16,070 bases of DNA from NCBI GenBank assembly GCA_965224245.1, contig CBDCYW010000012.1, forward strand, positions 1 through 16,070, read 5' to 3'. Below are positions 7,538-16,070 of the stretch, piece by piece. Position 1 is the stretch's first letter, and each line of letters begins with the position of its first letter. Origin of the DNA: Candidatus Eiseniibacteriota bacterium. GTDB lineage: Bacteria > Eisenbacteria > RBG-16-71-46 > CAZAMP01. Below the pieces are notes generated by a model. The model searched no databases and was not told the DNA's origin. It worked only from the letters and a program-made list of their open reading frames with translations. A program made the translations under genes and the position numbers.

Positions 7538-7807
7538 ATGGTGTATCTACGAACACGGCTTCGGAAGTACCGCTTGGCGACCGGGCTCTCGCGTCCGGAG
7601 GTCACAAAGATCTTAGGTCTCAAGAGCGTGGCGTCCCTATGCCGCTGGGAGCGTGGGGAACGGACACCGAGCCCCGAGCGTCTCCTGGAGCTGTCGGCGC
7701 TCTATGGACGGCTGGTGAACGATCTCTTGTGGCCGCAATATGACCGGGCGCGCAAGCGCGTGCATATCGCCCGACGACGAGCCCACATCAACGACCATGC
7801 CGCATGA
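7538..7807 (+). CDS. XRE-family helix-turn-helix transcriptional regulator
   Basis: LRKYRLATGLSRPEVTKILGLKSVASLCRWERGERTPSPERLLELSALY; RBS GAGGAGG upstream. Confidence 0.93.
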   Translation: MVYLRTRLRKYRLATGLSRPEVTKILGLKSVASLCRWERGERTPSPERLLELSALYGRLVNDLLWPQYDRARKRVHIARRRAHINDHAA

Positions 7808-8513
7808 GGAAAGCCACACAATTTCACGCCTAGCGCGACTAGCACGCGCCTGCCCAGAACACCCCTGGATCGAGTCGCTCCCTGGTCTTCTCACGAAAAA
7901 TGGCGAGTCGGAAGCGCTCTCGGATCCCGCACTTCGACTGTATCTGGTGCTTTGTCTGCTGGCATATGCCGGTGCGCACGTCCTCGTCGATCGTGTGGGG
8001 CTTGAGGGCATTCTAGGCGTACCACCGGACAAGGCGCTTTCTGAGCTCGAAGCCCGGGGGCTCATTCGTGTCACCGAGCGGGGCCAGGTCCTTGCACTCG
8101 CCGTGCATTCATGGTCTGGCGGACCGCAACATCCGGCGGCTGTAGCGTCTGTGAGTGCAGAACGGTCTTCTGCCCTGCAGGAAAGAAAGCAGAGCAGACT
8201 CTGCAGAACTGCAGGAAGTTATGAAAGCAGGCAGAAAGCAGAGAACTCTACTCCTGCAGAGCAGAAGAGGGGCACGAAGAGCTCCGATCAACCGGCAGCG
8301 GACTGGCTCGAGGGCTTCGTCGACCAGCTGGTCCGCGTGCTTGGTGCCGAGGACGAGCGTAGCTCCTACCGTTCGTTTTGCACCCAGTATCCGCGGCAGA
8401 TCCTAGAAGCGGCACTGGCGCGCGTCAGAGCCACCCCCAAGTCACAGATCCGCAAGAGCCGAGGCGCGCTGTTTACCTACCTGGTAAAGACGTTCAGCCA
8501 AACGCAGCAATGA
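7797..8513 (+). CDS. Putative replication initiator-like protein 1 (N-terminal wHTH, low-complexity linker, helical C-terminal domain)
   Basis: LSDPALRLYLVLC...ALSELEARGLIRV wHTH-like segment; C-terminus ILEAALARVRATPKSQIRKSRGALFTYLVK; ATG 7797 overlaps the XRE stop. Confidence 0.6.
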   Translation: MPHEESHTISRLARLARACPEHPWIESLPGLLTKNGESEALSDPALRLYLVLCLLAYAGAHVLVDRVGLEGILGVPPDKALSELEARGLIRVTERGQVLALAVHSWSGGPQHPAAVASVSAERSSALQERKQSRLCRTAGSYESRQKAENSTPAEQKRGTKSSDQPAADWLEGFVDQLVRVLGAEDERSSYRSFCTQYPRQILEAALARVRATPKSQIRKSRGALFTYLVKTFSQTQQ

Positions 8514-9046
8514 TTCATATGTCGACCCAAAAATACGGAATCGTGAAGCAGGGTCTCGTTCGAGATCCGGAGGCGAAGCATGTCCGACGCATGCGCCAGG
8601 CAGTCTGGCTCTTCCTCTTCCTGATCGTGTCGGTCAACCGTCAGACGGGCCGCCGTCTGATCTCTCCGGTCGTCGTGGCCCAGGAGATGGGTCTCCCCGA
8701 AGCGACCGTACGCTCCTGGCTGGGACACCTGCGCAAGGCCGGATACCTCTCCACACAACGGCAAGGACGTCTGGTGCGGGTGAAGATCGTTCGTTGGCCG
8801 CGGATCGCCGTCGCTGACGCCGTGACCGGTGATAGCGGTCCTGCTGCTGGTCACGCAGCGGAAGCTCACCGCCTGGCCGAAGCGCTCGGTGGAAACCCGG
8901 ACGATCCCATGTGGGCCGACGTTCTACGGGACCATGCACCCGACGAGATTGAACGGGCCAGGAAGAGGGCCCTGGCCGTGCCGGCGCAGGAGGTTCGCAA
9001 GTCCCGGGTCGCGCTCTTCCGCTACTTTCTCCATGCTCATTCGTAA
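8510..9046 (+). CDS. wHTH protein 2 with a C-terminal domain related to the preceding ORF
   Basis: AVWLFLFLI...VAQEMGLPEATVRSWLGHLRKAGYL HTH; C-terminus IERARKRALAVPAQEVRKSRVALFRYFL; ATGA coupling with the previous stop. Confidence 0.7.
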   Translation: MIHMSTQKYGIVKQGLVRDPEAKHVRRMRQAVWLFLFLIVSVNRQTGRRLISPVVVAQEMGLPEATVRSWLGHLRKAGYLSTQRQGRLVRVKIVRWPRIAVADAVTGDSGPAAGHAAEAHRLAEALGGNPDDPMWADVLRDHAPDEIERARKRALAVPAQEVRKSRVALFRYFLHAHS

Positions 9047-9058
9047 TCATGAACTCTC

Positions 9059-9571
9059 ATGCACAACGACACTCTCGCGATCGACCCGGGCCTTACCGCC
9101 ATTGGCGTCGTGGTCATCGACCGCGGCGGTGACCTCAAGCACTATGAGGTCATCACCACTTCCCCGCACCTATCGACTATCCCGAAGACTGCGCGCAGTC
9201 GACCGGCGTTTCACCGAGCTGTTGGAGGCTGTTTCAGCCGGGATCCGTCGTGCTCGAAGCCACCTGGCCGACCCGGCACCCCGTCCTTTCGACTGTGCAT
9301 CGCGTTGCGCGGCTCTGCCGTCGCCGGGCACAACGGCGCGGGATCCCGGTCGACGCCATCCCCGGCGGCGACGGCCCGGAAGTCTGTGACAGGCTCGGGA
9401 CGGACGCCCAAGGCAGAGGCGGCGCGGATCTTGTGCCGGACCTATCCCGATCTTCGCATCTATCTCCAGCAGACGCGCGCCTGGAAGGAGCGGCACTTTC
9501 TGAACATCTTCGACGCCCTGGCGATTGCGCTCCATCACCAGGCTCGCACGAACCACACCGGCTCCAACTAA
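9059..9571 (+). CDS. RuvC-like Holliday junction resolvase 1 (internal frameshifts, probably sequencing errors)
   Basis: LAIDPG...GVVV, then VVLE in another frame, RKSVTGSGRTPKAE and FDALAIAL; indels near 9180, 9230 and 9362. Confidence 0.8.
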   Translation: MHNDTLAIDPGLTAIGVVVIDRGGDLKHYEVITTSPHLSTIPKTARSRPAFHRAVGGCFSRDPSCSKPPGRPGTPSFRLCIALRGSAVAGHNGAGSRSTPSPAATARKSVTGSGRTPKAEAARILCRTYPDLRIYLQQTRAWKERHFLNIFDALAIALHHQARTNHTGSN

Positions 9572-9704
9572 TCCACCGAGCTCCCTACCGCCGTGATCGA
9601 CGGCCTCCGACTCACGCTTGCCCGTGGGCTGGATCGGGGTCCGTGTCGGCTTGCTGGCAAGGCAGCGGCACGCGACTTGGGGGAGCTCACCTTCTCTCTG
9701 CTAT

Positions 9705-10235
9705 ATGCCCACATCATGGCGTCCTCGACATAATCCGATCCTTCTCGCCCTCGATCCCGGCACCCGAAACACCGGTGTCGTGGTCTTCGACGGCGTGGAC
9801 ATCGCCGACTACCACGTGCGCACGTTTCGGCAGGCACGGGGCGCCACGCGCCTTCTCAAGGAAGTAACTGCCGCGATGCGGGAGCTTTTGGCCGAGATCG
9901 AGCCGGGCACGGTTGTGATCGAGCGCCCCTTCTTGGCTCCGACCAAGCGCTCGGCGCTCCTCAACGTCCTGGTTGACGAGCTTCGATCTCTGGTGTCGGT
10001 GGGCACGATCCGTCTCCGGGAGTACGGCCCGCGTGAAGTCAGAGAGGCACTTCTGGGCAACGCGCGCGCGACCAAGCGTGACGTTGCCCGTCACATCATC
10101 GAGCGCTACCCGGAGCTTCGGCATCGCTTTCATCCTGGGGACTTCTGGCGGGAGCGCTACTGGTCACACGTCTTCGACGCCGCTGCCCTTGGCCTGGTCG
10201 AGCTCGACCGCCGCCAACGGTACCGACGCCGGTGA
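9705..10235 (+). CDS. RuvC-like Holliday junction resolvase 2
   Basis: LLALDPGTRNTGVVV, VVIERPF, EYGPREVREALLGNARATKRDVA and FDAAALGL give the RNase H-fold D/E/D residues. Confidence 0.88.
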   Translation: MPTSWRPRHNPILLALDPGTRNTGVVVFDGVDIADYHVRTFRQARGATRLLKEVTAAMRELLAEIEPGTVVIERPFLAPTKRSALLNVLVDELRSLVSVGTIRLREYGPREVREALLGNARATKRDVARHIIERYPELRHRFHPGDFWRERYWSHVFDAAALGLVELDRRQRYRRR

Positions 10236-10288
10236 CTTGAACACACCGGAGGTCGTTCTTTCTCACCCAATCCAGAAGGAGAGCTGAC

Positions 10289-11018
10289 ATGTCAGCAAGC
10301 CTAGTCGTCCATGCTGGTGGCTGGCCGGCTGCACGGGAGGACCTTGAGTCCGTGCCCGTGCCCGAGCCGACCACCAGCTTACCATCCCGTCCCGTACGGC
10401 CGGTTCCTGGAGGAGATCGAGCTGCACGTGCCGCGGTTCGGGCTCACGGTCACCGATCGTCGGTTTGCGCTGGCGCGCGACAGCAATCAGATGTTCGGCG
10501 TCTTGACGTGCCGCAACGGCGGCCCCGACACCGACTACGCTCTGGCCATCGGCGTGCGGAACTCCTACGACCGCTCACTGTCCGTCGGACTCGTGGCCGG
10601 GGCTCGGGTGTTCTGCTGCGACAACCTTGCTTTTTCTGGCGAGGTCCAGGTGGCGCGCAAGCACACGGTTCACGTCTTTCGCGACTTGCCGGATTTGATC
10701 TATCGAATGCTGTCGCAGGTTGGGTCCATTCGCGATCGAACAAGCCACGAGATCGAGACCATGAAGGCGACCACGATTACAGATGAGAGGGCCCACCACC
10801 TGATGGTTGCAGCAGTCCGCCGGCGCGTAGTGCCCGCCTCCTGGCTGCCAAAAGTAATTCGGGCATGGGACACTCCGCAGCATGAGCAATTCGAACCGCG
10901 CACTGCTTGGTCTCTCTACAACGCCTTCACGGACGTCATGAAGTTGCGATGTGCACGCGCGCAGATGGAGGGCGGGCTTCGACTGAGCGGGGTCTTTCGG
11001 GAGCAGGTGGCGCGCTGA
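10289..11018 (+). CDS. DUF932 family protein of mobile elements (one frameshift near 10379)
   Basis: VPVPEPT.SYHPVPY...MFGVL...IGVRNSYDRSLSVGLVAGARVFCCDNLAFSG...RKHT...RTAWSLYNAFT; RBS AAGGAG. Confidence 0.85.
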
Positions 11019-11021
11019 ACT

Positions 11022-11050
11022 ACGCGTCGGGATCATTGATCCCGACGCGT
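11022..11050. repeat. Perfect 14-bp inverted repeat with a 1-nt spacer
   Basis: ACGCGTCGGGATCA-T-TGATCCCGACGCGT immediately after the DUF932 stop. Confidence 0.9.
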
Positions 11051-11192
11051 TCTCGCAGAGTCGGAGTTGCTGACAGCAGTCCCCAACGCGGAAGGGCGCT
11101 CACGCTTCAGTGAGCGCTGCCACACCCTAGGGTGCACAGTGACTGGATCAGCCATGACGGCACATCTTTTCAAGAATGTGCCAGGTCCCCCT

Positions 11193-11221
11193 TTGACAAC
11201 CCATGCCGGCTGGGGTAGAAG
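11193..11221 (+). promoter_or_regulatory. Sigma70-type promoter for the tyrosine recombinase/helicase unit
   Basis: TTGACA (11193-11198), 17-nt spacer, TAGAAG (11216-11221), ending 45 nt before ATG 11266. Confidence 0.55.
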
Positions 11222-11265
11222 AGCCCTAGAGTGCCATCTATGGCACGTTACCCACAAGGTGCGCC

Positions 11266-11851
11266 ATGGCAAAGCAGTATCAGCTCAAAGACAGCGAGTT
11301 CTATTTGAAACCGGCGGCCCTTGAGAAGGTCATCTATGCGGCGGACTCGTTTCGTGACCGCTGCATCCTCAAGACTCTGGCTCAGACCGGTATCCGCCGT
11401 TCCGAGCTTGCGAGTCTCGACATTCGTGACCTTGACCTCGAACGTCGCCGAGTGCGCGTCTGCGAAGGTAAGGGCGCCAAGGAGCGACTTGTCCCGATTA
11501 CCGGTGAATTAGGCTCGGATCTCTCTCACTTGATCGGGAGGTCGAGCCGCGGGCCCCCTGTTCCTCTCCCTTCGAGGTGGTGCGATCTCACCGCGTTCGG
11601 TCAATCGAATCGTCACCACTGCGGGCGAGCGCGCAGGCGTGGAGAATCCCAACCCAAAGTACGAAGGCCGACTTACTTGCCACCTCTTCCGGCATACCTT
11701 TGCCCGAAACTGGAAAGCAAAGGGTGGATCGATCGAGAGTCTCTCGAAGATTCTCGGTCACTCGTCGACGGCGACGACGGTTGACCTATACGGAACGGAA
11801 AGTATCGACGACGTCCAGGCCAATTACGACGCCATCATGCAAGAGCAATAG
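11266..11851 (+). CDS. Short tyrosine recombinase (catalytic domain only; one frameshift near 11555)
   Basis: RDRCILKTLAQTGIRRSEL, GKGAKER, HLFRHTFA and LGHSS...TVDLY give the complete R-K-H-R-H-Y set across two frames. Confidence 0.9.
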
Positions 11852-11926
11852 ACGGCTCTGTGGTGCTCAGGCGCCACTCATCGACCTGCGGGTTCGGAAG
11901 ACGGCGGTCACATTGCAGGAGGAACG

Positions 11927-14900
11927 ATGAACGTTTTCGATACCCACAGGCAGGTTGTCGATGACTACTCGCGGTACATTCGCAGCTTCATCAACATAGC
12001 TGACCCAGAGATCGCGCGGGAGGTCGAACAGTCGCTCTCCGAAGGGCGTCTCTGGCCGCAGCCGCTCCTACAGTTCAATCCTGCCTATGAACAGGCCGGT
12101 ACGGTCGAAGAGATCGTCGCGTCAGGACAGCTGCATGAGCACATCCGTCACATCTTCAAGGGCTACACCCTTTACCGGCACCAGCTGGAGGCCATCCAGC
12201 TCGGAATGACGGGTGAGGATTTCGTCGTCACCTCGGGTACGGGATCCGGGAAGTCCCTCACCTACATCGGTTCGATCTTCCATCATCTCCTTCAGAACCC
12301 GAATTCGCCGGGAGTGGCCGCGATCGTCGTCTATCCGATGAATGCGCTCATCAACTCCCAAACGAACGAGTTTCGTGGCTACCAGCGAAACTTCGAGGGC
12401 GTCAGTGGTCGGGAGTTCCCGATGAGCTTCGCCCAGTACACGGGGCAGGAGGGCGAGGAAAGGCGTCAGAAGATGCGGGAGAATCCTCCGCAGATTCTCC
12501 TCACGAACTACATGATGCTTGAGCTCCTGCTCACGCGCTTTCAGGAGCGACGCATCCGCGACGCGAGTCTACAACAATCTGCAATTCCTCGTCTTCGACG
12601 AGCTGCACACCTACCGAGGCAGACAGGGCGCGGACGTCGCGATGCTGATTCGTCGCGTCCAAGCCCAATGCGAGCACAAGCTGACGTGTATCGGAACCTC
12701 GGCGACCATGGTGTCGGTCGGGAGCCTGGCATCGCAGCGAGAGGAAGTGGCCGCCGTCGCGACCACGATGTTTGGCCGACGGTTCAAGCCGGAGCAGATC
12801 ATCAATGAGACTCTCGCTCGGTCGCTTGGCTCGTCGGGAGCTTTGCCGAGCAAGACGGCGCTGTCCGACGCGATCAGTCGGGGCGTCGACGTCAGCGCGG
12901 GCGAAGTTGATCTCAAGTCACATCCAGTCGCGATCTGGCTGGAGAATCGCGTGGCGCTCGAGGAGCGCGAGGGGCAGATCGTTCGGCGCACGCCGCAGCG
13001 GATTGGAGAGGTGATCTCGATGCTGGCCGAGGATTCCGGCGCCTCGGAGCAAGACTGTCGTCGCAATCTGACGGACCTGCTCCTCTGGGTCAGCAAGGTC
13101 AATCAGAAGATCCAGGAGAGGGGATCGCGTTACACAATCCTTCCGTTCAAGCTCCACCAGTTCATTGCGCAGACGGGATCGGTGTACACGACGCTCGATC
13201 AGGGCGACGAGCGCTTCATCACCCTGGAGCCAGGCATCTACAAGGAAGACGACGAAGACAAGCGGCCGATCTTCCCCAATGTGTTCAGCCGTGCCACAGG
13301 ACACCCATTCATTTGTGTGTCGCGGATCGGAGACCGTCTCGAGCCCAGGGAGTTCCGGGACGGGCTCGGATGAGGCGGGCGAGGCGACGGATGGCTACCT
13401 GATCCTTGGAGAGGAAGTCTGGGATCCGGTCGAGGATCTCGACTACCTGCCGGAGGCCTGGATTAGGACGCGAAAGCACGATCGGGTGCCCGATTCCAAG
13501 AAGGCCGACCGCTTCCCCCAGAGGCTCCACTTCGACGAGTTCGGGCGCTGCTCGGAAACGGAGCCGATGAAGTACTGGGGCTGGTTCATGAAGGCCCCGC
13601 TCCTGTTCGACCGACGGGTGGAGTCTTCTTCGAGACCAGGACGAACGAGGGTACAAAGCTCACAAAGCTAGGAAGTGAAGGCCGCAGCACGTCCACGACG
13701 ATCGCGGCGTTCACCATCCTGAACCAGCTGCATGATGCGGGCTTCCACCCGCGCGATCAGAAACTCTTGAGCTTCACGGACAACCGACAGGACGCAGCGC
13801 TTCAAGCCGTCACTTCAACGACTTCGTCCAGGTCATTCAGCTTCGAGCAGGCATTCGGAAGGCGCTGGGGGCCAGCCCTGACAACACGCTGGAGTTTGCT
13901 GGAATCGGTAAGGCCATCTTCGATGCACTAGAGCTTCCGTTCTCTGACTTCGCAAACCGTGAGGACACCGATCTGGCGACGGTGAAGCGCAGGTATGAAG
14001 AGACGTTCCAGAAGTACCTCCTGTATCGCGCTCTGGCTGACTTGCGCCGCAGTTGGCGCATTGTACTTCCGAATCTGGAACAGTGCGGGCTTCTCCAGAT
14101 CGACTACCTCGATCTGAGGGAGATTGCGGCAGAAGGCGGCTTCTGGGCCGATGTGCCCATCCTGGGCAACATGACCCCGGCGAATCGACAGGAACTCCTG
14201 TCGACGATTCTTGACTTCTTCCGGCTGGAGTTCGCGCTTCACAGCGAGAACTTTCTGACGCCGACAAGGCTCAAGGAAAACGAGAAGCACTTCAGGGAGC
14301 AGTTGAGGCCCCCTTGGACGTTGGACCGAAACGAGGGCCTGAATGAGCCCTACGTCATCCGTCTCGATCCACTCCACCGGACGGCGAAGCTCTACTCGAA
14401 AATGCATGGGCCCGGTCAGTTCTCTCGGGAAGTACATCAAGCACATAGCCAAGCGTGAAGGCCTGGATCCGGAAGTCCTGAAAGAAAATCGCTATCGGGA
14501 GTTTATCCTCCAGCTGATGAGTAAGCTCACGGAGGCGGACTACCTGCAGGAGCAGACTGCTCGGAGCGCTCAGAACGACGAGTTCCCGTCTACCGGCTCC
14601 GCATCGAGAAGTTGGTCTGGAAGCTGGGGGGACGGTCAAACCGTCAAACCGGATGTGATCAAACGACGCTCGTACATGGATCAGACGCCGAAGCCGAACG
14701 AGTTCTTCCGCGATCTCTACAGCCGGGATTTTGCGCGAGGCAAGCGCCTGCGCGCAGAGGATCACACCGGCCAATTGGGTGTCGATGATCGTCTGGACCG
14801 GGAAGATCGTTTCCGGGCCGAGTGGTACGTGGAGGGAAGCAACAGCGAGCTGGATGAGAAAAAGATCCACAGCGAGTCGATCAGTGCCCTGTCTGCTCAC

Positions 14901-16070
14901 CTACGATGGAACTTGGGGTCGACATCGGCGGCCTGAGTGTCGTTCATCTCCGAAACGCTCCGCCGAATGCCGCGAACTATGCGCAGCGATCCGGGCGTGC
15001 GGGGCGAAGCGGGCAGGGGGCCCTCGTCTTCACCTACTGCTCCGAGCTATTCGCCGCACGACCGGCACTACTTCCAGGATCAGGCCAACTTGGTGGCGGG
15101 TGCCGTTCAGGCGCCTCGCATTGACTTGTGCAATCGCGAGCTTCTACTCACACACCTCAACGCGCTGGCGATCAGTGAGTAGGCCTACAGGGCCTGGAGC
15201 CCCAAGATGGCCAGAGGCCGTCTCTGATGCGTCCTTGTCGTGGACGACAACGCTGATATGCCTCTGGATCCAGCGGTTCGCGAGAGCCTGCAGATTACTC
15301 CCGGGATGTACTCGACTCTCAAGTCGACATTCCGTCGCGTCGTGGGGGATTTCACGCACGAGTTGAGACGCGGGGCAGCTCCTGGTACACGGACGACTGG
15401 ATTGATCAGAATCTGGCCAAGATTGCAGATCACGTGGACGATGCATGATCCGCTGGCGCAAGCTTTACCGGTCCGCCCGCGCCTTGCTGACCCGTGCGAC
15501 GCAGCCGATCGAGAGCGGTCGTCTGAAGGTCGGCAGCGACGAGTACAAGAAATACAAACGCCACCAGGACCAGGCGAATCGGCAGCTCAACCTGCTCCGC
15601 AACGACATGGGCGGATCGATGGAGCTCTCGGAGTTCTATCCCTACAGATATCTCGCCTCCGAGGGCTTCCTCCTGGATACAACTTCACGCGTCTTCCGCT
15701 TCGGATCTTCGTTCCGAGCGGCGACACGACGGGAGATTCATCTCGCGACCGCGTTTGATTGCTCTGCGCGAGTTCGGTCCTCTGAACGTGATCTATCACA
15801 ACGGTCGCAAGTACCGCGTATCACAGCTCGTGGTTCAGGACGCCGAAACCTCGACCACTGAGGCGAAGATCAGCACGAAGGCCGGGTACTTCCTGACGGG
15901 CGCGCAGAAGGACCTCGAGATCTGCCATTCTCCGGTGCAAACCTGAGCGACAACGCCAACAAGGATCACCTCCACGACTTGCTCGAGATGTCCGAGTCGA
16001 GATCAGAGGAAGTAGACAGGATCTCCTGCGAGGAGGAGAGCGCATCTCCCGGGGGTTCGAGATCCGGACT
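11927..16070 (+). CDS. Large SF2 DEAD/DEAH-box helicase, YprA/DUF1998-like defence-associated family; partial at window end, more than 10 frameshifts
   Basis: TSGTGSGKS (motif I), [23 protein letters not shown] (II), SAT (III), [18 protein letters not shown] (V), [10 protein letters not shown] (VI) and LPGYNF spread over successive frames; RBS GGAGGA. Confidence 0.9.

Larger units (their letters stand above)
3390..11050. mobile_element. Core of an LSR-encoding integrative element with adjacent cargo (true boundaries uncertain, may extend beyond)
   Basis: Integrase divergent from an XRE-rep-rep-RuvC-RuvC-DUF932 operon, att-like repeats, and defence genes on both sides. Confidence 0.65.

Noticed and set aside
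9059-10235. TnpB/Cas12/IscB-like RNA-guided nuclease
   Set aside because: The proteins are ~170 aa with a contiguous RuvC resolvase fold, no zinc finger or REC/WED regions and no IS ends
11927-16070. Several separate helicase genes or programmed frameshifting
   Set aside because: The fragments are collinear parts of one helicase, and the many scattered indels lack consistent slippery sites

Overview
GC-rich bacterial accessory region that reads as an integrative element carrying defence cargo. Left arm (+ strand): DUF2188 protein, a single-TM Rossmann-like protein, a CD-NTase/SMODS cyclase fused to a C-terminal AGS-C domain (CBASS-like), an Mrr-type endonuclease and a DUF5677/HEPN-like protein. 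Core: a large serine recombinase (LSR, - strand) with a small upstream ORF, divergent from an operon of XRE regulator, two related wHTH/replication-like proteins, two RuvC-like nucleases and a DUF932 protein. Right arm: a short tyrosine recombinase and a large YprA/DUF1998-type SF2 helicase running off the window end. The most notable signal is a second, diverged copy of the LSR 3' end at ~3390-3567. It shares a 31/32-nt core with the intact gene 2028 bp away, so the DUF5677 gene looks like a cassette inserted into the recombinase's own 3' end that swapped its C-terminal tail. Many single-base frameshifts right of ~9170 are probably long-read indel errors. Family assignments come from motif recognition only; no searches were run.
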